Shown one piece after another: positions 19,201 through 29,109 of a DNA stretch of 36,860 bases (positions are counted from its first letter, which is position 1; each line of letters opens with the position of its first letter). The stretch is from assembly GCA_003135855.1 (NCBI GenBank), contig PNBD01000042.1, positions 20,638 through 57,497 of the forward strand. The letters run 5' to 3'. The position numbers and the translations under genes were made by a program. The notes beneath the pieces are model-generated. The model made no database searches. It was not told where the DNA came from and worked only from the letters and a program-made list of their open reading frames with translations. The DNA comes from Deltaproteobacteria bacterium (GTDB lineage Bacteria; Desulfobacterota; Binatia; Binatales; Binataceae).

Positions 19201-19361
19201 TGATGCCGATGGCGCTAAAGCTGGGCGCGGGCTCCGAGGCGTCCGCACCGCTCGCACGAGCCGCCGCCGGCGGCCTCGCGGTCTCGACTGCGCTCACGCT
19301 TTTCCTGGTGCCCGCGCTCTACGAAATTTTCTACGGCCGCACTTCAAAGGTAACGAAATGA
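16233..19361 (+). CDS. RND efflux transporter permease (AcrB/CzcA superfamily)
   Basis: MPVDAFP, TLGGFALAIGRLVDDSTVVLENI, GIVVSNAILLVDFA and RMRPILMTTLATVVGLMPMAL motifs. GAGG at 16221 supports the GTG at 16233. Confidence 0.95.
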   Translation: MPGFSLRNPHAVIVGALLTIILGVAAFLTMPVDAFPKLDIPVAVVATFYPGMPPLDIEADITTRFERFFTLGSDIDHMESRSLPGVSIIKVFFQPGVDLSAATATLGNLAMADLRHLPPGTLPPLILKSGASSLPVTLVTVSGKGFSEAQLRDQAQYNIRNWIATVPGTSVPPPFGGKYRQIMAYVNRDALEARGLTLMDVVHSLDDANLIIPAGDAKIGSTDYFVYSNSMIEDPSEINQVPIKIGHGEAPVFVGDVGHVEDAAQIQQNIVRINGQRSVYIPVMKQGNANTIAVVDGVKQAIKQIAGLPEGIKVNAIFGQDSYVRAAIESLEHEAISGAVLASLMILIFLGSFRSTVAIFLSIPLSILAGACGLRMSGSTINVMTLGGFALAIGRLVDDSTVVLENINRHLAEGKAPAEAACDGANEVALAVLASTITTIIVFSPVMFLFGVAKSLFSALSWAVVLSMLASYVVAMTVIPVYCARFLTNESGREAEQGTGRGFLAAFIRSYDRFAERYERALEWSLDHKGTVIGAASILFVVSIAAFPLIGTELFPRTDAGQFVIQFRAPLGTRIELTEKLAERLEQSIREVIPHDELSTVVSNIGLAPGFSSIYSSNAASDSGFVMVALAPDHRVSTWNYVAKLKQLLPRRIPEIRTFFSSGSIIDSVLNFGLAAPIDIQLSGRRYAELFDLSRKVDARVNNLPEVAGTFVPEESNYPTLRINVDRVKAARLGLTQRDVVTNVITALTSNQMIAPSIWIDPKSGNDYFLTAQYSEDQIDSLDTLRNIPVRSSDGNHSRADAMLLRDVATIAREQHPAEADHYNIQRVVDVLVAPGTDDMGGALKAVRKALAGLKLPSGVGIAFRGSVDSMERSFSSFGYGLAMAVVLLYLVMVAQFRSFLDPFIIMFSVPMGMIGVTWTLLLTGTTLNIESFMGIIAMVGIVVSNAILLVDFANQRYRAGQDLRRAIVESAQIRMRPILMTTLATVVGLMPMALKLGAGSEASAPLARAAAGGLAVSTALTLFLVPALYEIFYGRTSKVTK

Positions 19362-20497
19362 AGAGTCCCATAGTTTTGGTGGCGGTCGTATGGGTCTCGC
19401 TTGTTCTGGTGGGTTGCTCGCATGCAAACGGCGATACTGCAACCGACCTGCGGCCGACCGTCACTGTGATTCGGCCGCAACGCGGCGACATGGTCCGTAC
19501 GATCACGCTGCCCGGCGACCTGGTCGGTCTTTATCAATCGACTCTCTACGCTAAGGTTACGGGCTACTTGAAAAGCATCTCAGTCGACAAGGGCGACTGG
19601 GTCAAGAAGGGTCAAATCCTGGCCGAGATCGAGGTGCCCGAACTTCAACAGCGCTTCGCGCGCGCAAAGGCGAACCTCGAAATACAGCGCCTAACATACG
19701 AGCGTCTCTCACAAGTATGGAAAAGCGATTCACGGCTGATCGCTCGCCAGGATGTCGACATCGCGCAGGGCAAGTACCTGGAATCGAAGGCTCAGTTAGA
19801 TGAGCTCGAAGCGATGATCTCCTACACAAAGATTGTCGCACCTTTTGACGGCGTCATCACCGGGCGCTTCGTCGATCCCGGCGCACTTATCAAGGCTGGT
19901 GGCGACCAAACCTCGACCGCTCCGGACGAGGGATCCGCTCAAGCCACGGGCGGCGTGTCGCCGGTCGTGAGTCTCGCGTTGATCGACACCATGCGCGCCT
20001 ATGTCTATGTACCGCAAGCCGAAGTCGGTTTCGTCAAGCGCGGGATGCCAGCCAGTCTCTCGCTGCAAGATCTGGCGGGACGGACATTCAATGGTCAAGT
20101 GACTCGCTTCGCGAATTCCCTGGATCTGGGGACCCGCACGATGCTGGCCGAGATCGATCTGCAAAACCACAACCATGATCTGTACCCGGGAATGTACGCG
20201 AACGTAACGATCGAATTGCAGCGGCATCGCGACGCCCTGAAGTTACCCGAGTCGGCCATCGGCGATTCGCCCGAGGGGCGATACGTGATGATCGCGGAAG
20301 GTGGCAAGCTAAGACGACAACGCATCAGCGTCGGAATCAGCAACGGCACCTATAGTGAAGTAACCAAAGGACTAGGCGGCGACGAAGAGGTTGTCGCAGC
20401 TCTGGACCCGTCACTGGTACAAGGCGAAGCGGTCAAAGCTGTGATCACAAACACCGAATCAAATGAGGGGACCGGCTATGCCCGAAGGACACAGTGA
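19358..20497 (+). CDS. RND periplasmic adaptor (membrane fusion protein), lipoprotein
   Basis: Lipobox LVGC; lipoyl-like halves AKVTGYLKSISVDKGDWVKKGQILAEI and IVAPFDGVIT; LYPGMYA. Confidence 0.95.
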   Translation: MKSPIVLVAVVWVSLVLVGCSHANGDTATDLRPTVTVIRPQRGDMVRTITLPGDLVGLYQSTLYAKVTGYLKSISVDKGDWVKKGQILAEIEVPELQQRFARAKANLEIQRLTYERLSQVWKSDSRLIARQDVDIAQGKYLESKAQLDELEAMISYTKIVAPFDGVITGRFVDPGALIKAGGDQTSTAPDEGSAQATGGVSPVVSLALIDTMRAYVYVPQAEVGFVKRGMPASLSLQDLAGRTFNGQVTRFANSLDLGTRTMLAEIDLQNHNHDLYPGMYANVTIELQRHRDALKLPESAIGDSPEGRYVMIAEGGKLRRQRISVGISNGTYSEVTKGLGGDEEVVAALDPSLVQGEAVKAVITNTESNEGTGYARRTQ

Positions 20498-21899
20498 GTA
20501 CCCAAGGATGCATGTACTGAGTAGCCGGACTGCCTTAGTAATGGTTGGCATGGTGGCCGTGCTGGCCGTCCCGCGCGTCGCGACAGCTTTCGAAAACTTG
20601 CAGTCAGGCGAGAAGCTGACTCTAAATCACGCGATCGAGCTGACACTGCGTAACCATCCGCGCGGAATGGAAATGCGTTCGATCGCGGCCGCGGCTCACG
20701 AGCGAGTTGGTGAAGCCAACTCCGCGCTGCTGCCACAGGTGTACGGCGCCGCGGAATACCTGCGTTCTACCGACAACCCGATCGGCAACACTACTTATCT
20801 AAATCCCGGCTTCGTCCCTCGCATCACCGGAACGCTGCACGGCGGGACGCCCGAGGCGGGACAAAGCTTCTCGACTACAGACAATTTTCTTGGCGGCGTC
20901 GGCGTGCAGCAGTATCTCTTTGATTTCGGCCGCGTGCGCGGACGGATCGAGAAGCGCACAGCGGAAGCAGAGGCTGCGGCAGACGAGTCAAGGATGGCCG
21001 ACCTCGATCTGATTTACGAGGTGACCCAGCGCTACTTCGCGTTACTGGCGGCGGCACAAAAGGAAAAGGTATTCGAGAAGGCCGTTCAACAACGCACAGA
21101 ACAGCAGCATGCGGCACAGGTGAAAGCTGCTGCAGCACTTACATCCGGAATCGACGTCCTGACCGCGAAGGCGGCGCTCGCGCGTGCGCGAACCGACCTC
21201 CTCGAGGCGTCTAACGAGAAGGCTGTATCCAGGGTTGCTCTCGACAACTCGATGGCGGTGAGCCCGGACGCGCCGTCATACGAGGTCGTGGACGTTCTCA
21301 CCTACCAGCCGATCGCCGGAGATGTGCGCTCATACTTCCAGTCGGCTACGAAGTTACGCCCTGACCTCCAGACGCTGGAGGCCGAAGCACGTGCAGCGGG
21401 CGCGCAAATCGCCGAAGTGCGAAGCGACTTTTGGCCAACATTTCAGGCGGTCGCGGGCTATAGCGCGATGGGAACGGGGCTTCCGGCCGCGAACAACTTC
21501 AACGCGGGCATCGTGGTCACGTGGCCAATCTTCAACGGCTTTCTCACAGAGCACGAAGTTGCCGAAGCAAGAGCAAGGCGCGACGCCATCCGTTATTCGC
21601 TCGCCGATCTGGAACTTCGCATCTGGCTCGAAGTAAAGACAGCTTACCTCGAGCTCCAAACCGGGCTGCAAGCGATACGACAGGCTGAAGAAACCCTGGC
21701 AGCGTCGTCGGGTCAACTGGAACTCGCCGACAAGCGATACAACGCAGGTCTCGGCAACATCATCGAACTAACCGACGCCGAACGTTTCTACATCCAGGAC
21801 GACGCCGCGTACGTCGATGCGCTTTACGCCTATTCGGTGGCAAAGGCGAAGCTGGATCGCGCGACCGGCGCGTCATTAGCGCAGGCCGGCCAAAGGTGA
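20478..21899 (+). CDS. TolC-family outer-membrane efflux protein
   Basis: Signal peptide, LTLNHAIELTLRNHP, QYLFDFGR, RPDL, WPIFNGF, RYNAGLGNIIELTDAE and AKLDRATG. GAGGGG precedes the ATG at 20478 (alternative start 20508). Confidence 0.92.
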   Translation: MPEGHSEYPRMHVLSSRTALVMVGMVAVLAVPRVATAFENLQSGEKLTLNHAIELTLRNHPRGMEMRSIAAAAHERVGEANSALLPQVYGAAEYLRSTDNPIGNTTYLNPGFVPRITGTLHGGTPEAGQSFSTTDNFLGGVGVQQYLFDFGRVRGRIEKRTAEAEAAADESRMADLDLIYEVTQRYFALLAAAQKEKVFEKAVQQRTEQQHAAQVKAAAALTSGIDVLTAKAALARARTDLLEASNEKAVSRVALDNSMAVSPDAPSYEVVDVLTYQPIAGDVRSYFQSATKLRPDLQTLEAEARAAGAQIAEVRSDFWPTFQAVAGYSAMGTGLPAANNFNAGIVVTWPIFNGFLTEHEVAEARARRDAIRYSLADLELRIWLEVKTAYLELQTGLQAIRQAEETLAASSGQLELADKRYNAGLGNIIELTDAERFYIQDDAAYVDALYAYSVAKAKLDRATGASLAQAGQR

Positions 21900-22106
21900 G
21901 TAACCGATATGACTATCAACCGAGGTCCGCCGCTCCGTCTAAGATACTGACTAGGACGTCGTTCAGCAATTGGCGAATGACAATTCATTTCGGCTTTACG
22001 CGTACCGCCAAACCCATGATCGAAGTTTTCAGGATGACAGGCGATCAAAGCTGGATCAATTACGTGAGGCGTTCATCAACCTGGTGGGCAAAGACAATTC
22101 CTATGA

Positions 22107-22193
22107 TCACCTGGATGCATGAATGACCGGCAGTCCAGTACCCCAGTCCTTGAAATGGATTCTTGTTCCGTCTTTGGTGGTGATAGTGTCCAT
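22107..22193 (-). pseudogene. N-terminal 24-codon remnant of a non-heme chloroperoxidase-type alpha/beta hydrolase
   Basis: An AAGGAG RBS precedes the ATG at 22193. It reads [24 protein letters not shown], then unrelated HASR*. Not in the ORF track. Confidence 0.8.
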
Positions 22194-22358
22194 ATGACTT
22201 TCTCCTTGTTACTAGCAGCCGAGTGTCACTCACCTGAGGTAGAGGCGCGAACTATAGGAATCAGTTCACCACGCTGATCACGAAGGTGTAATGGCCGCAC
22301 CAATCAGAAACAGGCATGCTAGCTGGCCTTGATCTAGCGATACGAAGTCGCGGTTTGA

Positions 22359-23480
22359 TCAGAGTTCATTGCCCGAACTACGCGCCGACTCGACGAGTGT
22401 TTGGTACTGAGGCTTGTAGAGATGCTGCCGGATGAATATTTCGATATCAGCCGGACGATCAGCGCGGGCCAGGTTGCGCTTGAAGATCACTTCCGCCACG
22501 CGCTGAGCGGCGTACAACTCCGTCTTTAGTATCTCCGACTGGGGAGGATAAATAAGCTCTACGTCCAACTCGGCCTTGGTCACTTGCTCCGCAACTGCGT
22601 GGGCGTCGGCGATGAACATCTCATCGGTGACTCGCTTTGCACCCGTCGCATAGACCGCCATTCCGATGGCCGGAAAGATGTACGCATTGTTTCCTTGTCC
22701 CGGCACCAGGGTCCGGTCACCCAAGCGCACGGGAGGAAATGGGCTCCCACTCGCAAAGACTGCACGGCCTTCCGACCAGCGATAAGCTTCCTCGGCGGTG
22801 CACTCCGAGCGCGAGGTCGGATTTGAGTAAGGGAAAATAATGGGGCGTTGGTTGATCCGAGCCATCGCCTCGATACCAGGCTGATTGAACGCCTTGGCGA
22901 CCGTGCTAACGCCGATGATCGCGGTTGGTTGAATCGATTCAATCGTGTCGACAAAATCTTTCAGCGGCGCGTGCTGATGTGCGTAAGGCTTCTGGAATTC
23001 AGCCAGATCATTGCGGGTTGACTCCAGCAAGCCGTGCACGTCGAACATCCAGGTTCGAGCGCGGGCCCGTTCGGGGCTGAGGCCATCGAACACGAGAGAT
23101 TCCGTCAGCAGGTTTGCGATGCCGATGCCGGCTGAACCCGCACCCAGGAACAGGAAAGTCTGTTTTGAAAGCTCTCCGCCGGTGATGCGAAGCGCTCCGA
23201 GAATTCCGGCAAGAGCGACTGCTGCGGTGCCTTGGATGTCGTCGTTGAAGCAGCAAATCCGGTCGCGGTAGCGAGCAAGCAGCCGGATAGCGTCGACCGC
23301 CGCCCAGTCCTCGAATTGGATGCAGCGGTTGGGGAACTCAGCTTGGACAGCGGTAATGAATTCCTCGGCAAACTCGTCCAACTGCGGAATTTGCGGACGC
23401 GTCTGGCGCAGGCCGAGGTAGAGCGGATCGCGCAGGAGCGTCTCATTGTTAGTGCCACAGTCGAGAAGGATGGGTAGCAC
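22359..23480 (-). pseudogene. maeA: Malic enzyme (MaeA/SfcA type), 5'-truncated
   Basis: Begins at LPILLDCGTNN and retains QFEDW, FNDDIQGT, GAGSAGIG, SNPT, ASGSPF and GQGNNAYIFP. The N-terminal region with the catalytic Tyr and Lys (IPIGKL) is absent. Confidence 0.88.
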
Positions 23481-23506
23481 CTGAACAAGTCGACTGCTTT
23501 CACTGA

Positions 23507-24590
23507 TGGATGGATCGGTTTGCGCCCGGCGTGACCCGCGGTGAGATCGTCCAGCTCTTTGCGCGCAGCGCGATAATGACGCAGCGCTTTGTCGAGGAAG
23601 GTGTGGTCACTCTTCTGTCGCAGGCGCGGAAGCAGCGCTGCGATCGTGCCTCTGAACGTCGCCGACCAAACCCATCGCCAGCGGCGCACGATTGCCGAGT
23701 TTTTCGCCGCGGATATCTACCTGCACGATCTTCGCGTCGGTCGGATAGAACTGCCTGTAAGGAAAGTCGGTGCCCAGCATCAGAAGGACATCGCAGCCAA
23801 GCATTGCGTAATAACCGGAAGAGAACCCAATCAGCCCGGTCATCCCAACGTCATAGGGATTGTCATACTCGACGTACTCCTTGCCGCGTAGCGCATGTAC
23901 CATCGGCGCCTTGAGCAGTTCGCCGAGTTTCAACAATTCGTCGTGAGCACCAGCGCAGCCGCTACCGCATAATAATGTGATCCGATTTGACTCGTTCAGC
24001 AGTTCCGCGAGGCGGTCGAGATCCCGATCGAATGGTCGGATCAGAGGCTGCACCGGTTTTTGATAGGTAGCAATGGCGCTCAGATGCTCGCCGGACTGGA
24101 GTGCCACGTCGCCGGACAGGACGATCACCGCAACTCCGCGGCGCGCGATCGCGGTAGTCATCGCAGTCTCCAACGCACGCGGCATCTGGGCGGGAGTCGA
24201 GACCAACTGACAGCAATAGCTGCAGTCTTTGAACAGAGATTCGGGATGGGTCTCCTGGAAATAGTCGGACCCGATCTCGCTGCTTGGAATTTGTGCCGCT
24301 ATTGCGAGAACCGGCACGGAGCTTCGATGGCAATCGAACAGCCCGTTGATCAGATGAAGGTTGCCGGGACCGCAACTTCCGGCGCAGACCGCAAGCTCGC
24401 CGGTAACGTGCGCATCGGCGCCCGCGGCGAAGGCCGCCACTTCCTCGTGGCGGACGTGGACCCATTCGATGGTATTCTGTCGGCGCATCGCGTCGGTGAT
24501 CCCGTTGAGCGAATCGCCGACTACTCCATAGATTCTCTTGACCCCCGCCGTGGCCAGAGTCTTAACGAGGCTTTCTGCGACTGTTGACAT
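23507..24590 (-). pseudogene. poxB: Pyruvate:quinone oxidoreductase (PoxB), frameshifted and 3'-truncated
   Basis: GAGGAG plus ATG 24590; [42 protein letters not shown] and LGTDFPY. Frameshift at about 23655 (GDV|RGTIAALLP). It ends at KPIHP, so the TPP-binding C-terminal domain is missing. Confidence 0.9.
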
Positions 24591-24622
24591 AGTGCTCCTC
24601 CTACAACGTGCTGATGGCAGAC

Positions 24623-25425
24623 TCAGTGCGCGTCCTCGTGAGATGGATGTTGCTTGACGCCCGCAATAACCAATGGCTCGCGATAACGATGCCACGCTGA
24701 GCGAATCAGGTCGCGGTTCATCCTTCCGATGAACTCAAGCGGTATTTCTTTGGAGCACGCCGCTTCACACTCGCCATGGTTCGTGCAGCTGCCAAAGGTT
24801 TCGGCTGCCATCGCAGCCACCATGCCGACGGTTCGATTGTCGCGCTGAGGCTGACCTTGTGGAACGCGTTTAGATCGGTGAGTTTGGCGGAGGTGAAGAG
24901 CATGGCGGCTGCGTTCGGACAGGCGGCAACGCACGCGCCACAGCCGATGCAAGCGGCTGCGTCGAAGGCCGTATCCGCAGCTTCCTTTGCTACCATAATC
25001 GCGTTGGCATCGGGAGCGTTTCCCGTGGGCGCACTAATAAAGCCTCCCGCTTGAATAATTTGGTCGAACGCCGAGCGGTTAACTATCAGGTCTCGGATCA
25101 ACGGGAAGGCCTGAGCGCGCCACGGCCCCAGGGTGAGCGTGTCATCGTCCTTGAAAATGCGCATCGACAGTTGGCATACCGTCGTGCCCCGATGGCCGCC
25201 ATGTGCTACCCCGTTGATCAGGAAGCCGCATGAGCCGCAGATGCCCTCCCGGCAGTCGTGTTCAAAGGCGACGGGAGGCTCTCCCCCGGTTGAGAAGGTC
25301 CTCGTTGAGACTGTCGAGCATCTCTAGAAATGACATGTCCCTCGTCACATCTCTCACTTGGTAGTGACGAACTTCCCCATGGTGTCCGGATTTAGCTGCC
25401 GCCATATTTTGAGCGTTAGATTCGT
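24623..25425 (-). pseudogene. sdhB: Succinate dehydrogenase/fumarate reductase Fe-S subunit with a lost start codon and about three frameshifts
   Basis: ACG stands in place of ATG before NLTLKIWRQ. The blocks [31 protein letters not shown] and [11 protein letters not shown] are separated by frameshifts at about 25370, 25285 and 24860. Confidence 0.88.
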
Positions 25426-25513
25426 GGCAACATGGCTAGCCTGTTAGTCGTCAATGCCACAGAACGCTATGTTGCTTGTTAAGTCATGGCTTGCTCGAAG
25501 GTATAAGCGCGAC

Positions 25514-26112
25514 CTACTTTCCGGCTATGTAGGGCCTGACCATCTTGGCAGGATCGACGACGCGGTCGAACAACTCCTCTGTCACGAAGCCGAGTTTCAG
25601 CGCCGCAGTCTTCAGCGTGAGATCGTTATCCATCGCGTAGTGCGCAATTTGTGACGCTTTGTCGTAGCCAATTACCGGCGAGAGCGCCGTCACCAGCATC
25701 AGCGAGCGATCCACATACTCCTTGATCTTTCTTAGATTCGGCTTGGTCGCCTCGATCAGGAACTTGCGGAAGTTCGTGCAACCGTCGGTCATGATTGAGA
25801 TTGAGTGAGTAAGATTAAAAATCATCAGCGGCTTGTAGACGGTCATCTCCAGGTAACCGCCGGCGCCACCAAAGCCGACCGCCACGTCGTTAGCCATCAC
25901 CTGTGAGCCGTGTCGTCGAGCCGTCCGCCTGCGTGGTTGACGTTGGCTGCCGCCTTTTTCAGCGTTGCGTAAGCGGTGATCATTTCCTGCGGGATCAGAT
26001 CCTGGCCGATGCTGAAATGCTCGAGCGAGCGTTGCGTCTGCGCTCCCCACAACTTGTCGGCAGGGACGTTTACTACTCCCAGACTGTCGGTTTCGCTTCG
26101 AAAATCGGTCAT
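25514..26112 (-). pseudogene. fumC: Class II fumarate hydratase with a large central deletion
   Basis: [26 protein letters not shown]...KKAAA is joined at about 25900 (CAGG) to [14 protein letters not shown]...YKP...[16 protein letters not shown]. The GSSxMPxKxNP signature is missing and only about 600 nt remain. Confidence 0.92.
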
Positions 26113-26255
26113 GGAACTACTCCGTCAAATACGACACCCATGAGGCGTGAAAAGTGACGGCTCAACGATGGGGCGCTCGGTTGTCACTGGTGTATAAGCA
26201 GAACCGAACTTCTCTGTAAATCGCCAATTCTTGCGGAACGCCCAAGGAAATTCCG

Positions 26256-28236
26256 ATGCCACGCGAGACTCGGAGCGCCACCCCTCCCCCGACCGGCTTG
26301 CGCGACGCAGCAAATGATTCCCGTCGCGCAGAAAATGGGATTTTCCGCAAAGAGGGCGAATATTGGACGATTGGATACCGCAATAGAGCCTTTCGGCTCA
26401 AAGATACGAAAGGATTCGCCTACCTCACCCATCTACCCCGGCATCCTGGGATCGAATTTCACGTGCTCGATCTGGTCGGAGGAATCGCGGCTTACGGCAA
26501 CGAGGACGAAACGAATCAGCCCATGGCGGGAGCGCTCCGCCGCGATAGCGAACTCGAAACGGCGGGCATAAGTGTCACCGGGCACGGAGATGCTGGATGA
26601 GCAGGCCAAGTTGGCCTATCGACGCCGGCTTTCCCACTTGTGCGAAGAACTGGAAGAAGCCAAAGAGCTCGGAAACGTCGAGCGGGCTGAGCAGTCGGAA
26701 CAGGAGATCGATGCGCTGACCAGAGAGCTCTCGCGCGCAGTGGGGCTTGATGGACGCAATCGGAGGGCGATGTCGGCTTCGGAACGAGCCCGGCAGAGCG
26801 TCGCCAAGACGATAAAGTCGGCACTCGAAAGAATCGCGCAGAGCGATCCTGCGTTGGGGGATATCTTTTCGAGATGCATCAAGATGGGGAACTTCTGTTC
26901 GTACCAGCCTGACCGCAATTTCTTGATCGCTTGGGAATTCGCCGCGACGACCTCAGAAATGACGCCGTCACCTGCCCCGGTCGCCGATCATGCTGCGGTG
27001 GATACCGATCTACAGCCCTCGTTGGCGCAAACCTGGCCGGTGGTGCTGGAGGTTTCTCCGTTTTCGCTCGCGGAACGAACCGCGTTTGTGGGTCGGGAAT
27101 CTGAACGCAGCTCAATTCGCGCGGTCATCGATCGTGCGCGAACCGGCCACGGATCGATTGTCATGCTCTGGGATGGACCCGGCGTGGGTAAGACCCGCCT
27201 GGCCATGGAGATGGCGGAGTACGCGTCGCGCATTGGCTTCCGATCCTGCGTCGGGCACTCCTACGAAAGAGATGAACCTTTCCCCTACCTTCCGTTCGCC
27301 GAGATCATCGAAAGTAATCTCGCGCAAGGCGGCGAGCCTCGATGACTACCGTGGGCAGATGGGGCTCTACGCAGCGGAAATGGCTCAGATCGCGCCAAGC
27401 CTTCGGCGAGTTTTTCCCGATCTTCCGAAACCGCTGGAACTTCCGGCTGCGCAACAGCGCGGCTATCTTTTCCAAAGCTTTGCGAGGCGCTGGCCCGGGC
27501 GGCTCGAACACGGCCGACCATGTACCTGCTTGAGGACCTTCATTGGGCCGACGAGTCCACGCTGGCGCTTTTGATGTATCTGGCCCGTCGCATCGCCCAG
27601 CTCCCGGTCGCGATCGTCGGGACCTACCGCGGCGGGTATTCGGACGAGAATCCGGCCTTGGCGCCGTTAACCAGCACGCCAGCGAGATTGCTGACCATCT
27701 GCTCAAGGCAAAATCCTTCGCCAACGGGAGCGACTGGTCCGCTATTTGATATTGGCAGGCAGGAGCGCACTCCACGCCGCAGCATTTGAGGAAGCGCAGC
27801 GGAATTTCAAAACTGCGCTGCCGCTTCAAGGCGCAGATGATTCGGCAGAACGGGCTAACTCCTTGGCGAATCTTGCGCAGGCGGAGCGAGGTCTCGAGCG
27901 GCGGGACGAAACAATTTCTCATCTCCGTGAAGCGCTCGAAATTTACCTCAAACTCGATGATCACGAGTTGGTTGGGGAGAACTTTGCAGAGTTGATCGAT
28001 GTCCTTCTCTGTATTTAGGACAGTTTGAAGAGGCGGCGAGAATCGCGGGCCAACTGGAACCCGTAGCGCGAACGATGGGGCAATCCTACTCGGTCGCCCT
28101 CTGCATCAGCACGCGGGCCTGGGTGGAATTTGGCAAAGCGCGTGACCTGACCAAACTCGAAACTGCCTTCCAGCAGGCCTCGAACTACGCCCAAAAGGCG
28201 CCGTTTGCGTTCTGGGAAGTCCTTTCCGTGGTACAA
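26256..28236 (+). pseudogene. AAA_16/STAND-like ATPase-TPR regulator with an N-terminal 'FRKEGEYW...ERARQSV...FCSYQP' domain, broken by multiple frameshifts and deletions
   Basis: FVGRESE, Walker A GPGVGKT, Walker B LLEDLHWAD, VGTYR and TPR-like helices are spread over at least five frame segments. Confidence 0.8.
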
Positions 28237-28566
28237 TTGCGGGCGAATATCGGACAGCTTGAGCGGGGGCTGAAGATCGCTGACGGCGGTAAGGAAAAAA
28301 TGGTGCCATCGGGCCGAATCGACATCACAGCGGAAGATCAAAAGGGCAGTACTGTGATAATCGAGCTAAAGGCGGGAACTGCCGACCGCGACGCCATCGG
28401 CCAACTTCTATCCTACATAGGTGACATGGCAACAGACGCAAAGCAGGTCCGAGGCATTCTGGTTGCGGGCGACTTCACGTCTCGCGCGGTCTCTGCGGCG
28501 CGCGCCGTTCCCACTATCGCGCTCAAGAAATACAACTTTCGATTTTCATTCAATGCGGTTTTCTAA
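28237..28566 (+). pseudogene. NucS/EndoMS-like PD-(D/E)xK nuclease domain, 5'-truncated and fused in frame to the TPR remnant
   Basis: LRANIGQLERGL...GRIDITAED....VIIELKAG.ADRDAIGQLLSY...VRGILVAGDF: the ID...ELK catalytic motif and QxxxY are present. Confidence 0.75.
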
Positions 28567-28795
28567 GTGGCCCAACAGTCCAAAAGCGTACACTTCCGCC
28601 CTCAGAAACAAACCGGTGATGGACGATTAGCTCGCGTGCCGGGACAACGTAGGACGCGGTGTCAGGAGTGTAGAAAATGGTAACGTCACGGGTATAGCAA
28701 TATCCCAATATCGGCAGGAGGGCGCGCAGAAAGAGTGCCAGCCCCAATACCAACCAGATGTTGAGGCGGCCAATATTGACGGCGTTTTTGCTCAT
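28550..28795 (-). pseudogene. N-terminal fragment of a membrane glycosyltransferase (GT-C, ArnT/PMT-like)
   Basis: TM segment WLVLGLALFLRALL followed by PDTASYVVPAREL (D-x-x-x-Y after the first TM); truncated against the convergent NucS fragment. Confidence 0.55.
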
Positions 28796-29109
28796 GCGCG
28801 GTGGCGGGTCGGCGACTTTCACATGATTCGCTCTTCGTGCGTGTGGTTAATAACCAATTCTAATCAACCGACCCCGCGTCGTCCCGGTGCGCAGATGCCC
28901 CGGACAATCGCGTGAAGTGAGCCCGTCAAGGGAACAGCGGAGGCGCTCGGAAACCGGGCTTCGGCTCTGACTGACGGCCAGAGTATGAGACGTCCGGAGT
29001 ATCAAAAGAGGGAGAACCAGGGTTGAGATTGCACGCGCTCCGGGCATAGCTGTTTTCCAGGCAAACCGAGCCGCCAGCGAGCGGATCGCAAATTTGTTGT
29101 CCACCGGTG

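Noticed and set aside
21896-22126. 76-aa ORF overlapping the TolC stop codon
   Set aside because: No recognisable motif, and it collides with the cpo-like remnant on the other strand; probably debris.
26246-26261. Second sigma-54-like site TGGCATCGGAATTTCC upstream of fumC (minus strand)
   Set aside because: The invariant -12 GC is TC; it could be a decayed promoter but cannot be supported.
22107-28236. Long-read homopolymer error as the sole cause of the frameshifts
   Set aside because: Adjacent multi-kb genes are error-free, and the lesions include large deletions and a start-codon substitution. It cannot be fully excluded without reads.
26256-28566. Functional Avs/NLR-like antiphage system
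   Set aside because: The ATPase is broken by many frameshifts and deletions, and the nuclease junction looks like a deletion scar; it is kept only as a lower-interest finding.
28960-29010. Hammerhead-ribozyme-like CTGACTGACGG segment
   Set aside because: The CUGAnGA...GAAA core and the three stems could not be assembled.
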